This document shows, in pieces, positions 9,443-18,517 of a stretch of DNA of 22,786 nt (position 1 is the stretch's first letter; each line of letters opens with the position of its first letter). The DNA lies in the IMG/VR virus record IMGVR_UViG_2547132281_000007, positions 1 through 22,786 of that record; one strand, written 5' to 3'. The DNA comes from a virus. Taxonomy: Duplodnaviria; Heunggongvirae; Uroviricota; Caudoviricetes. Both the position numbers and the translations under genes were made by a program. The notes beneath the pieces were generated by a model, which saw only the letters and a list, made by a program, of their open reading frames with translations, searched no databases and had not been told where the DNA came from.

Positions 9443-9564
9443 ACCGGGCCTCCGGTTGTATCGCCGCCTTTCAGGACGCCAGTATGCTGATGCGCATCAA
9501 CAACAATCCCGTTAGAGCTCATCGCTCCGCCGCCCTGGGTATCCGTTCTGGTCCGGTGCGCTGT
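9439..9564 (-). pseudogene. remnant 3' end of spike gene V (about 40 codons)
   Basis: Short open frame ending ...GGGAMSSNGIVVDAHQHTGVLKGGDTTGGPV* whose TGA overlaps the W ATG (ATGA), as V/W do in P2. It carries an HxH-type motif and is truncated by an in-frame stop at 9565-9567, with no N-terminal part present. Confidence 0.4.
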
Positions 9565-9593
9565 TCAACCGTGGGCGCAACAAAGCCGATAAG

Positions 9594-10436
9594 GTGGACA
9601 TCGACCTGTCCCACAACAATCTGGCCCCCGGCCTGCTGTGCGCAGACGGGCAATACCGCCAGATAGTCACCGTGGAAGATGCGGTGCGCGGCGGCTGTAA
9701 CCTGTTCGACCTCGACCAGTTGCGCATGGAGTACAGCCCGGACGAATACCAGAACCTGCTGATGTGTGAGTTCGTGGACGATCTCGCGTCCGTGTTCCCG
9801 CTCAGCGAGCTGCAGGCGTGCATGGTGGACAGCTGGGAAGTCTGGACCGACTTTCATGCACTGGCCCTGCGCCCGTTTGGCTGGCGCGAGGTGTGGATCG
9901 GTTATGACCCGGCAAAAGGTACGCAGAACGGCGACAGTGCCGGATGCGTTGTGGTGGCTCCGCCAGCCGTGCCGGGCGGTAAGTTCCGCATTCTTGAGCG
10001 TCACCAGTGGCGCGGGATGGACTTCCGCGCCCAGGCGGACGCCATCAAAAAACTGACCGAACAGTACAACGTGACCTATATCGGCATCGACTCGACCGGC
10101 GTCGGTCACGGGGTTTATGAGAACGTGAAAGCGTTCTTTCCTGCCGTCCGGGAGTTTGTCTACAACCCCAACGTTAAAAACGCGCTGGTACTCAAGGCCT
10201 ACGACATTATCAGCCACCGCCGTCTGGAGTTTGACGCCGGGCACACCGACATTGCGCAGTCATTCATGGCAATCCGTCGCGCAACCACCGCCAGTGGCAA
10301 CCGCCCAACCTATGAAGCCAGCCGCAGCGAAGAAGCCAGCCACGCCGATCTGGCCTGGGCAACAATGCACGCACTGTTTAACGAACCACTGCAGGGCGAG
10401 TCCGCCAATACCAGTAATATTGTGGAGATTTTTTGA
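9594..10436 (+). pseudogene. terminase large subunit (P2 gpP-like), C-terminal fragment only
   Basis: 280-aa ORF with a GTG start; motifs ...VWIGYDPAKG...DSAGCVVVAPP...KFRILERHQWRGMDF...YIGIDSTGVG...SHADLAWATMHA match the nuclease half of P2 terminase. The reading frame opens only at 9516, so the N-terminal ATPase half (about 300 aa) is absent. Confidence 0.75.
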
Positions 10437-11464
10437 TGGGAAAGAGTAAGAAGAACCGCGCTGCGTCGACGAACCAGATCCAGCATAAAAGTCAAACTAC
10501 AGCCGAAGCATTCAGCTTCGGTGATCCCGTTCCTGTTCTGGACCGCCGCGAACTACTGGACTATGTGGAATGCGTACAGACAGATCGCTGGTATGAGCCG
10601 CCAGTAAGCTTTGACGGACTGGCGCGCACCTTCCGCGCCGCCGTGCATCACAGTTCACCAATTGCGGTGAAATGCAACATTCTGACCAGTACCTACATCC
10701 CCCACCCGCTGCTCAGCCAGCAGGCTTTTTCACGTTTTGTGCAGGACTATCTGGTATTTGGTAACGCCTACCTGGAGAAACGCACGAACCGCTTCGGTGA
10801 AGTTATCGCCCTTGAGCCTGCTCTGGCAAAATACACCCGACGCGGGTTAGACCTGGATACCTACTGGTTTGTGCAATACGGTATGACAACCCAGCCGTAT
10901 CAGTTCACGAAAGGCAGCATTTTTCATCTGATGGAACCGGACATTAACCAGGAGATCTACGGCCTGCCCGGTTATCTTTCTGCCATTCCGTCCGCCCTGC
11001 TCAATGAGTCCGCCACGCTGTTCCGACGCAAATATTACATCAACGGCAGCCATGCAGGCTTCATCATGTATATGACCGATGCCGCGCAGAATCAGGAGGA
11101 TGTGAACAATCTCCGCAACGCGATGAAAAGTGCCAAAGGTCCTGGTAACTTCCGCAACCTGTTTATGTACTCGCCTAATGGCAAAAAAGACGGGCTTCAG
11201 ATCATCCCGTTGTCAGAAGTCGCAGCGAAGGATGAATTTCTGAACATCAAGAACGTGAGCCGGGACGATATGATGGCGGCGCATCGTGTACCGCCACAGA
11301 TGATGGGGATTATGCCGAATAATGTTGGGGGATTTGGGGATGTGGAGAAGGCTAGTAAGGTATTTGTACGCAATGAGTTAAATTCACTCCAACAACGAAT
11401 TAGAGAGGTGAATAATTGGCTGAATGATAAAGTAATAAAATTCCAAGCCTATTCGTTATCATGA
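10433..11464 (+). CDS. portal protein (P2 gpQ-like)
   Basis: 343-aa ORF overlapping the P stop; FSFGDPVPVLDRRELLDYVEC and SATLFRRKYYINGSHAGFIMY motifs recalled as matching P2 Q. Confidence 0.9.
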   Translation: MMGKSKKNRAASTNQIQHKSQTTAEAFSFGDPVPVLDRRELLDYVECVQTDRWYEPPVSFDGLARTFRAAVHHSSPIAVKCNILTSTYIPHPLLSQQAFSRFVQDYLVFGNAYLEKRTNRFGEVIALEPALAKYTRRGLDLDTYWFVQYGMTTQPYQFTKGSIFHLMEPDINQEIYGLPGYLSAIPSALLNESATLFRRKYYINGSHAGFIMYMTDAAQNQEDVNNLRNAMKSAKGPGNFRNLFMYSPNGKKDGLQIIPLSEVAAKDEFLNIKNVSRDDMMAAHRVPPQMMGIMPNNVGGFGDVEKASKVFVRNELNSLQQRIREVNNWLNDKVIKFQAYSLS

Positions 11465-11484
11465 AAAACCGACATTTATAATAT

Positions 11485-11511
11485 TAAAGGGTGAAAACAA
11501 CGCACCCTTTA
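11485..11511. terminator. hairpin between convergent portal gene and cargo membrane gene (possible bidirectional terminator)
   Basis: 9-bp stem TAAAGGGTG / CACCCTTTA with a 9-nt loop, flanked by A/T-rich sequence on both sides. Confidence 0.4.
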
Positions 11512-11533
11512 ATATATGCCAATACAAAATTAA

Positions 11534-12718
11534 CTATTCCTTATTCAAATCAACCAACTTGTCCATAAGAGTTTCATTGTTATACCCCTCATGCATTTCA
11601 GTTCGTTTCCCTGAAAATTTTCTTTTATGAAACTCATTTATATCAACATTAAGATGTTCACAAATTTGCTCAAACTCATCTAGATAGAGAGGATCAACAT
11701 AATAATTATCTGAAATCAATTTTTTTTTGCGCATTTCTTCGTAAGTTGATTTCAGAGTGTAACGTACTGGGCATAATGCCTTTATTATTTCATGAATAAA
11801 CTCATCATTGTTGACCCCATAATTTCTTAGCTTTAAAAATAGCTTTTTTCGATCATCGGCAATTTTAAAGCAAGCATCCGCAAACTCTAACTTTTCAACA
11901 CCACCAGCAACATAAAAGTCTAATAAAGCCTTCCTTTGAAGGCTAATATCTTCCTCCGGTTTATAATCGTTAACTTTAACACTTCTAATAGATTTCTCTT
12001 TATTTTTTCTACGAGCTGAAATAATATCACTTGGGATGCTAAGAGACATTGCAAGCAATGCCATAAGAATCAAACAAAGAAAAGCATATACAAACACCCT
12101 TATTATTTGATACCACCATTTACTTGTTGTAAAAACCTCACTCCAAAAAGATTCAGTCTGAGAGTCGCCACTCATTTTGAGAATATCAAACCCTTTTACA
12201 CCAGCGACTTTACCAACCAACGATATAACTGGACTCGAATTCTCACTCCCCAAAACAAAAAAGCTCACCCGAAATTTTTCGTCAGGCTCTATGATTACCG
12301 GATTGAAAACCAAAGAATCATTACTAATCCTTGGCTTTATATTGTCCTTTAGATACACACTGTCTGTAATAATTGTAGGTTTCTCTACAACTTCACCTCC
12401 AGAAACTCTTAACGTTAGTAATGATGAATCATCAAAGTCACCTTTCCTTATAACAGCATTACCAGTATTTTTAATTGTTACATTTATTAGCCATAAGTTT
12501 TTTTTGGCTGTTCTGAGTTCTTCCCCATTATATGAAATAGATAATCCTCCGACAGCTTGATGAATATCAAGAACTTTTGTCGGCTGCATTAGTTCAATCG
12601 AAATATTCCCTTGTTTTTCATAATAGAAGCCAACATAAATCGCCACAACAAAACTAACTAAAGCTACTACAGCCATGAATCCAGCAGACTTTACAAATCC
12701 CCATATCGAACTGAGCAT
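11534..12718 (-). CDS. hypothetical 2-TM membrane protein (prophage cargo; candidate superinfection-exclusion or abortive-infection factor)
   Basis: 394-aa ORF in AT-rich DNA. N-terminal TM helix (FMAVVALVSFVVAIYVGFYY), a beta-rich central domain, a second TM (WWYQIIRVFVYAFLCLILMALLAMSL) followed by a positively charged stretch (RRKNKEKSIR), then a helical C-terminal domain. No family recognised. Confidence 0.6.
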   Translation of the reverse strand: MLSSIWGFVKSAGFMAVVALVSFVVAIYVGFYYEKQGNISIELMQPTKVLDIHQAVGGLSISYNGEELRTAKKNLWLINVTIKNTGNAVIRKGDFDDSSLLTLRVSGGEVVEKPTIITDSVYLKDNIKPRISNDSLVFNPVIIEPDEKFRVSFFVLGSENSSPVISLVGKVAGVKGFDILKMSGDSQTESFWSEVFTTSKWWYQIIRVFVYAFLCLILMALLAMSLSIPSDIISARRKNKEKSIRSVKVNDYKPEEDISLQRKALLDFYVAGGVEKLEFADACFKIADDRKKLFLKLRNYGVNNDEFIHEIIKALCPVRYTLKSTYEEMRKKKLISDNYYVDPLYLDEFEQICEHLNVDINEFHKRKFSGKRTEMHEGYNNETLMDKLVDLNKE

Positions 12719-12781
12719 TTTTCGAACTACCCCTTATCTTATCTCATGAGTTGTTTTAGGATATTACACTATTTGCGCGCG

Positions 12782-12800
12782 CTCGTATCCCCGCCACGCC
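12782..12800 (-). other. candidate cos site (cohesive-end sequence of P2/186 type)
   Basis: Minus strand reads GGCGTGGCGGGGATACGAG followed by CGCGCGC. Recalled P2 cos is GGCGAGGCGGGGAAAGCAC and 186 cos GGCGTGGCGGGGAAAGCAT, about 14-15 of 19 matches. The block is GC-rich between two AT-rich genes. Confidence 0.5.
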
Positions 12801-12845
12801 TGCCCGCTTTGTGTAGTGGTTTTCATGCAGGTGCCTGATCCACGC

Positions 12846-12869
12846 AAAAGCCCGCCAGTTCTGGCGGGC
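12846..12869 (-). terminator. putative Rho-independent terminator downstream of the DUF2971-like gene
   Basis: + strand AAAA then gcccgcc-agttct-ggcgggc; on the minus strand this is a GC stem-loop followed by UUUU. Confidence 0.45.
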
Positions 12870-12935
12870 CTTAGCAAAAACGATCCTCAAACGGTCATGC
12901 AAATTCAGGCAGCATAGGCATGCACTGTTGTTAGG

Positions 12936-14054
12936 TTAGTTCGTAATGCCAATTTCCTTCAAAACTTTAGCCATTTCCGTCTGACTTAACTTGTTCCTGA
13001 ACAAAGTGAAATTTTTCATTTTTTCCGCTCGTTGCCCTTTTGAAATAGTAATCTTTCCTGATGCTGATAACTCAGAGTCAAAAAAATAACATATTGTTGA
13101 ATTTGAATTCTCCATATTTGACTTGATACAATTCCATATGCTTTCTTTTTTCATTTCACACATTCTAGGACCAAAAATGATCCCTTTAACAACATTAGCA
13201 TCATGATGAAAAATATGTCCAATATTTCGATTTACGCGTCTTTGAACATGCCGCTCACTCCCTATTCCTGCATTTGCCTCCGGAATAAACATTCGATATT
13301 CAGCTTCATATCTCCAAAATCTATTTTTAGTTAAAAATAACTCTGCAACATTTGCGCTTGGGTCTAGAAGTGAAACCTCTTTAGCCTGATTACTATATTT
13401 TATTGGCTTAACTGGAAAATTAAATTTATCTGATGAAAATAAATTTTCTCTTAGCTTCATTCCAGTATAGGGTATACCATCAATATTAAAATCCTGCGTT
13501 TCATAAATCACAACACAACCACTAAAGCCAGCAGCATAATGCGCCCACATCATACGATCTAACGCATTAGCTGAAAATGACACACTGAATACTGCAGGAA
13601 CTATTTTCCTATACAACCTTTCTTTGATACTGTTCTCGCAAAGTGAAACCAAATATTGGCGTGGTTCAGGAATATTTCCATAAATAGCAGAATTAATCAC
13701 ATTGATAGGAAGTAAACCATCATCTATGATCTTACGTATCTCATCAACGTGTGAGTCAAACAGGCTATCTAATGACTCAATGCTACTTTTTATTTTTTTT
13801 CCTCTAAAAATACGATTCAATCCCTTATGTATTTTCAAATTACTCAAATCCAATATGTGACTCAAATTTTTATAGGATTTATCGCAAGGAGAACGCAATA
13901 AAATATCCCATAATTTCAATTTATTATCGAAGCGATAATCTATATTGAGATCATTGGGATCATTCAATTGCGCAGGAGCGGAAAAATATAATTCATTATA
14001 ACGAATAGCTTTCTCGAAGAAGAAGTCCGGACGGTAATACTTGAAAAGATACAT
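12936..14054 (-). CDS. DUF2971-like hypothetical protein (prophage cargo at the P2 old/tin position; candidate anti-phage effector)
   Basis: 372-aa ORF in AT-rich DNA with an AGGT RBS. N-terminus MYLFKYYRPD...FSAPAQLNDPND and internal MMWAHYAAGFSGCVVIYE resemble my recollection of the DUF2971 signature (LYKY..., FNDPxE, MWshYa). Positioned between the replication/tum module and cos. Confidence 0.65.
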   Translation of the reverse strand: MYLFKYYRPDFFFEKAIRYNELYFSAPAQLNDPNDLNIDYRFDNKLKLWDILLRSPCDKSYKNLSHILDLSNLKIHKGLNRIFRGKKIKSSIESLDSLFDSHVDEIRKIIDDGLLPINVINSAIYGNIPEPRQYLVSLCENSIKERLYRKIVPAVFSVSFSANALDRMMWAHYAAGFSGCVVIYETQDFNIDGIPYTGMKLRENLFSSDKFNFPVKPIKYSNQAKEVSLLDPSANVAELFLTKNRFWRYEAEYRMFIPEANAGIGSERHVQRRVNRNIGHIFHHDANVVKGIIFGPRMCEMKKESIWNCIKSNMENSNSTICYFFDSELSASGKITISKGQRAEKMKNFTLFRNKLSQTEMAKVLKEIGITN

Positions 14055-14438
14055 GACATTACCTATAACATTGCAATATTAATAACCGTATGAAAACAGT
14101 TTGATTGTATTGATAATATCCTATTCTGCATATACCACAGTGTAAAGATTAATTTTAAATACCATATCCAACAGTAAATCATGTATCGACCGCCAGATAA
14201 GAAGCTTTTGAAAAACTTGGACGATAATTAATCAAAAGCTCTTCCCATCCTGTATCCTCTATCTCACTCTTTTGGACATTGAAAGAAGCCCCTCTGATCG
14301 GGAATGATTGTTTCCAGCGTTTGACCACGATATACAATATGATATTTGATGTCTTTTGATCAGATGGCTAACGCCTCGCATAGCTCGTTGTTCAACCTTG
14401 CTGACGCCAGAAGCAAGTTCAGACGCCAGCAACGTTTC

Positions 14439-14672
14439 TTAATGCAGCCAGCTGTCGTCTTCCCACACCTTCTGCATAATTTTCATCACTTGTTTCCTTT
14501 CTTCGTCCAGTTGCAGTCCGGTCAGTTCCACACCGTTAGAGCTACCTTTACGGATACGAATTACCGTTTTGGGATACAGGGGGCGCAGATTGCGGTAAAG
14601 CTCTGATTCAAGGGCGTCTAGGGTAGACTGGCTAATCTTCTGCTCTTTATCGATCATTATTTCAATGCGCAT
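14439..14672 (-). CDS. DinI-family protein
   Basis: 77 aa from the ATG at 14672, with a GAGGGG RBS 6 nt upstream. MRIEIMIDK...LDALESEL...VWEDDSWLH aligns in recall with E. coli DinI (MRIEVTIAK...AIDALAGEL...ETWESADDWF). The annotated ORF extension to 14744 has no support. Confidence 0.75.
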   Translation of the reverse strand: MRIEIMIDKEQKISQSTLDALESELYRNLRPLYPKTVIRIRKGSSNGVELTGLQLDEERKQVMKIMQKVWEDDSWLH

Positions 14673-14682
14673 AAAAGTCCCC

Positions 14683-14871
14683 TCAGCTGATGACATCCAT
14701 TGAGCGGTTGTATTCGTGGCTTCTGATTTTTGCCATGAGTTCATCTGTCAGTTCAGAAACCCACTGCAGGGCCAGCCCCTTCTCTTCATCACTACACTCA
14801 CTAGCCGCTACAAGCTTAAGAAAAAAATCAATGCGTTGGAGCTTCAAAGACTCCAAAAAATAGTCCTGCAT
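14683..14871 (-). CDS. small hypothetical protein in the SOS-controlled tum-like operon (possible antirepressor N-terminal module)
   Basis: 62 aa from the ATG at 14871, preceded by a perfect AGGAGG RBS with 4-nt spacing and lying directly downstream of the LexA box. The ORF extension to 14973 lacks an RBS. The gene sits where phage 186 carries tum. Confidence 0.5.
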   Translation of the reverse strand: MQDYFLESLKLQRIDFFLKLVAASECSDEEKGLALQWVSELTDELMAKIRSHEYNRSMDVIS

Positions 14872-14912
14872 CTTTCCTCCTATGACACCACAAGCAATAC
14901 TGTATACATAAC

Positions 14913-14932
14913 CACTGTTTATATTTACAGTA
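14913..14932 (-). promoter_or_regulatory. LexA box (SOS operator) upstream of the tum/DinI-like operon
   Basis: Minus strand TACTGTAAATATAAACAGTG is CTG-N10-CAG, matching consensus TACTGTATATATATACAGTA at 17 of 20 positions. It lies about 40 bp upstream of the AGGAGG RBS and is flanked by promoter-like hexamers (TTTACA ... TATACT). Confidence 0.6.
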
Positions 14933-15024
14933 TATAATAATCTTACTGATGTAAAACGTTTTTTTACGTTCATCAGCCTGATATGCCTGGTATTATTAAG
15001 AGCACGAATTGTTAATCCGCGTAA

Positions 15025-17439
15025 TTAATACAGGTTCCGCCACTTATCATCTTCCTGCAAACGCTGGTTCCGATAGAAAATACGCAGGCCTGCTCCTGAC
15101 GGAATGCTGCCGCCGCGAAGGAGTAAATCGACCTCTTTCTCGCTGCCATCAAATCTTCTGGACTTCAGTTCATAGACGAGCTGCTGTCGTTGATGGTCTG
15201 TAATTCGCTGTTTGTAGTCTCTACGCCGTTTCGGTTTCACCAGGCGTAACCTTGCAGCCAGTTCCCGGCGTTCTTTTTTGTTCATACTGTGCAGGTAATC
15301 GTGCAACTCCTTGTCATCCATACGGGTGATATCCGTTCTGGTATCCCCATCAGCTGATTTGTCTTTCCCTTGTTGGTACAAATTTTCAGCAAGGGGACAG
15401 TTATTGCCACGAGTCCAAGGGGCGCAAGCGCCCTGGTCGGCTGCCGCCTCCTGAACGTCAACGGCCTTACGAACCATTTTCCACTTCACTGCATGAGTGC
15501 AGATCTTGCCCTCTGCAATGGGTGACCAGATGCCATAAATACGAATACCGTGATCGCCATAGGCGGTCGGCTCTTCGTTAATTTCATAAGCAGTTCTGAT
15601 GAGGTGATATTTACGGGGAACCAGTACACCTCCCTGCTTCATGATATAGGTGGCAAAACAACCAGCATCAGCAGCAGCCAGAATGGCATCAAGGCGCGGG
15701 TTATCCAGTACCGGCACACCTGCTTTTTTGTCACCCTGCTGCCTTGCCGCCTGACCAGCCAGCAATCGCAGTTCACGGTAAGCCTGACGCCCCGGAATAC
15801 CAAAGAAGCGGAATTGCTGAACACGATGCAAAGACGCCCAGGCATTCACGTATTCAGCGTTATCACGAAGAGATTTACCCGTTTCCTTGCTGATCTCGCC
15901 AGCCAGACCACGCCCGTCAATGTTCTTACTGATGTATTTCGCTATGTAGCTTGTCGGCGTTCCTTTGCGCGGGTTAATCAGCTCAGACTTAAAGCGCGGC
16001 CCCGTGTTATTGCCCAGCTCCTCGCGGTCTTCACGGATAGCAAACTTACGCAACAATGCAGTAATGGCGCGGCGGTCTTTTTTGCGCATGAAACACAACA
16101 GGTGCCAGTGAACTGTGCCGTCGTGATGCGGCTCAGCCACCCGCACGCCATACCAGCGCAACCCGGCTTTGTGCATCGCCTTACGAAATGCAGCAAACAT
16201 ACCGACCAGATAATCGCTGCTTTGTCTTACCGTCGCGTTTTTCCAGGTCGGGTTGGGTCTGCCGTTATTTAGCGTGGAATGGAAACGTGACGGACAGGTA
16301 ATGGTGTAGAAAACGGCGCAGTCACCGCGCATTTCCGCGATAAGCTCCAGACCTTTAACACAGGCCATCATCTCATTGCGGCGATGCGCCGGGTTGCTGC
16401 AGCTGGCGTTTACCACATCTTCCATATCCAGCGCGTCTCCGTCTTCGTTCACCAGTTCATGAGAACGGAAAAACTCCAGCGACTTACGGCGCTGCTCACG
16501 TTTATGCATCACAGCTTCATAGCTGACATAGGGAGATGCTTTTTTGCTGACCAGGCAGACAGCACGCAACTGCTCTTCCCGCCATTCGCAACGCATCTTC
16601 CACAATTTCCGATACCACCAGTCGGCGCACAGCATACGCGCCAGCGAGCCCGGAATGAGTTCATAGGGCACTGGTTTACGGCGGTTTCTTTTCCGACGGA
16701 GTTGCTCAAACGCAGGCGGGATGACATCCAAACGTAGGGTTTCCGCTGCCACCCTTTCCCATGTCTTGCGGATTTCTTCTGGCTTAACATCATCGGTGGC
16801 GTACAAATCACCACAAGCGGCATCAAGACACATGCTCATATGCGCAGCGACAAGGGTAGACAGGCGTTTCACCTGATCCTGACTCATTTCAGGCAGGATC
16901 AGCAGGCCGTCCAGCCCTTCATGGCTTGCCATAAAGCGAAAAGAAGTGGATAGCTGACTGTCGCGTACATGCTCCAGTCGTTCCAGACATGGCTTAATCG
17001 TCTCACGCAGATAGCGAGAATAAGCCTTTGGCCTGCCCAGGCTGCTGAAATATTCGATACGTTGCATCAGCGGCTTGCTGATGTGGGAAGGCTGGGCGCT
17101 GACGTCCGCCAGAATGACCATGTCCGGGTTAAAACGCTGCTGTTCATGCGCCAGCTTTGCCCGACTAATGAGCTTATCCTGCTCCATTTCACGCTGGACA
17201 GGATCACGGGATTCATTAAAGAAATAACGCTCCCAGACCTGCTCACTCAGTGCATCGCGGCGCAGCTGTTCCTGCTCATTATCGGCAGCGTACAGAGTGA
17301 TCAGGTTTGAAAGTGCAGACTCCAGCGCAACTTCCGCCGGGTCCAGATACGGGTTAATGGCCTTTTTCGGGCCGTTCCATGAAAATGCTACAGCGGCCTC
17401 GTTAAAGCCGCTAGAGTTGCTCATATCGTCATGACTCAT
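15025..17439 (-). CDS. replication initiation endonuclease (P2 gpA-like, rolling-circle)
   Basis: 804-aa ORF of the size and family expected for P2 gpA (recalled as about 760 aa), directly downstream of dam with an ATGA overlap. Confidence 0.88.
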   Translation of the reverse strand: MSHDDMSNSSGFNEAAVAFSWNGPKKAINPYLDPAEVALESALSNLITLYAADNEQEQLRRDALSEQVWERYFFNESRDPVQREMEQDKLISRAKLAHEQQRFNPDMVILADVSAQPSHISKPLMQRIEYFSSLGRPKAYSRYLRETIKPCLERLEHVRDSQLSTSFRFMASHEGLDGLLILPEMSQDQVKRLSTLVAAHMSMCLDAACGDLYATDDVKPEEIRKTWERVAAETLRLDVIPPAFEQLRRKRNRRKPVPYELIPGSLARMLCADWWYRKLWKMRCEWREEQLRAVCLVSKKASPYVSYEAVMHKREQRRKSLEFFRSHELVNEDGDALDMEDVVNASCSNPAHRRNEMMACVKGLELIAEMRGDCAVFYTITCPSRFHSTLNNGRPNPTWKNATVRQSSDYLVGMFAAFRKAMHKAGLRWYGVRVAEPHHDGTVHWHLLCFMRKKDRRAITALLRKFAIREDREELGNNTGPRFKSELINPRKGTPTSYIAKYISKNIDGRGLAGEISKETGKSLRDNAEYVNAWASLHRVQQFRFFGIPGRQAYRELRLLAGQAARQQGDKKAGVPVLDNPRLDAILAAADAGCFATYIMKQGGVLVPRKYHLIRTAYEINEEPTAYGDHGIRIYGIWSPIAEGKICTHAVKWKMVRKAVDVQEAAADQGACAPWTRGNNCPLAENLYQQGKDKSADGDTRTDITRMDDKELHDYLHSMNKKERRELAARLRLVKPKRRRDYKQRITDHQRQQLVYELKSRRFDGSEKEVDLLLRGGSIPSGAGLRIFYRNQRLQEDDKWRNLY

Positions 17440-18293
17440 ACACGCACCTCGTACACAGCAGAACTATCCACGCCACACGAAGGATCAAATCCCACCCAGC
17501 AGCGCGCCCCGGAAACAGCAATGATTTCTGTTGCAGATTTACTCTCGCCAGCCGACACGCCGATGCTGCGTTTTGCCTTGATGTAGTGGTGAGTGAAATT
17601 TCGATACAGCGAACGGATCAGGGATGTGTCACTGTTAGAAACAATGACTGGATGACCTTCTGATGATCGATATTCAAGAACAGATGCCAGGTGATACTGG
17701 TCATCTTCAGTGAAACCATCAGTGTGATAGCCGGAAAACGTACCGTCATAAGGCGGATCGCAATACACCACATCCCCCACCTGCAGCATCGCCAGCGTTT
17801 CATCAAAGCTGGCGCAGATAAACGTTGCTCGCTGGGCTTTCTCTGCAAATGCGCGAATTTCTTTTTCAGGGAAATACGGATTTTTATAATTACCGTATGG
17901 AATGTTGAAATGCCCGCTCTTGTTATAACGACATAACCCACGGTAACCATGACGATTGAGATACAGAAAATATACCGCTTTCATGAAATCAGTAATTTCA
18001 GTGGAGTAATTAAACTCCTGCCTTATGTTGTAATAAGCCACCTCTCTGTTTGCTTCCTCAAATAAAGCTCTGGCACGAGATATAAACGCCTCACAATCAG
18101 CAGCAACCTTTTTATAGAGGTTGATTAAATCAGGATTAATATCCGCAACAAGATAGCTGGGGTAATCCGTCTCCATCATCACTGCACAGGAACCCGCGAA
18201 AGGTTCAACCAGTCGCGGACCAGCAGGAAGATGTTTTTTCAGTTCGGACATAATGGCGGTTTTATTTCCCGCCCATTTCAGGATGGTGCTCAT
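17436..18293 (-). CDS. DNA adenine methyltransferase (Dam-like)
   Basis: 285 aa from [11 protein letters not shown]; carries the DPPY catalytic motif (VYCDPPYDG) and FAGSCAV SAM-binding region. The upstream extension to 18353 is unlikely because it overlaps the TraR-like gene. Confidence 0.85.
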   Translation of the reverse strand: MSTILKWAGNKTAIMSELKKHLPAGPRLVEPFAGSCAVMMETDYPSYLVADINPDLINLYKKVAADCEAFISRARALFEEANREVAYYNIRQEFNYSTEITDFMKAVYFLYLNRHGYRGLCRYNKSGHFNIPYGNYKNPYFPEKEIRAFAEKAQRATFICASFDETLAMLQVGDVVYCDPPYDGTFSGYHTDGFTEDDQYHLASVLEYRSSEGHPVIVSNSDTSLIRSLYRNFTHHYIKAKRSIGVSAGESKSATEIIAVSGARCWVGFDPSCGVDSSAVYEVRV

Positions 18294-18517
18294 ACAGCAC
18301 CTCCGTTGTAATGTTTGCCTTTCAGCTCTGCGATTTCCTGACAGGTAATGCAAAGTTGCACACCCGGAATGGCACGGCGGCGTGCTGGCGGAATTGGCGC
18401 TTCACACTCAATGCAAAGCACGCGGGACACGCCCGGCGTTTTGGCACGGGCAGCACGGATATGGCGCTGGCGTTCTTCTTCAACGCGCTGCTGTACGAGA
18501 TCCATTGCATCAGCCAT
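18290..18517 (-). CDS. TraR/DksA-family C4 zinc-finger protein
   Basis: 75-aa ORF with CIECEAPIP...CITCQ (CxxC...CxxC), typical of small TraR-like proteins of P2-like phages and conjugative plasmids. Confidence 0.7.
   Translation of the reverse strand: MADAMDLVQQRVEEERQRHIRAARAKTPGVSRVLCIECEAPIPPARRRAIPGVQLCITCQEIAELKGKHYNGGAV

Noticed and set aside
8305-10244. ORFs 8305..9171 (+), 9519..10244 (-), 9766..10056 (+) and 10156..10449 (+)
   Set aside because: They overlap the gpJ and terminase P coding frames, which have clear family signatures; their translations are His/Arg-rich without protein-like composition.
12107-12560. Plus-strand ORFs inside the cargo membrane-protein gene
   Set aside because: The minus-strand frame gives coherent TM helices and domain-like sequence; the plus-strand frames are short and AT-rich-biased (Phe/Ile/Leu-rich), likely chance ORFs.
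14127-14141. LexA-box-like CTG...CAG element upstream of the DUF2971-like gene
   Set aside because: The spacing is CTG-N9-CAG, not the CTG-N10-CAG of a LexA operator, so it is probably not a functional SOS box.
15550-16826. Plus-strand 240-aa ORF and others inside the replication gene A
   Set aside because: Antisense to the 804-aa gpA-like ORF, with no independent start signals.
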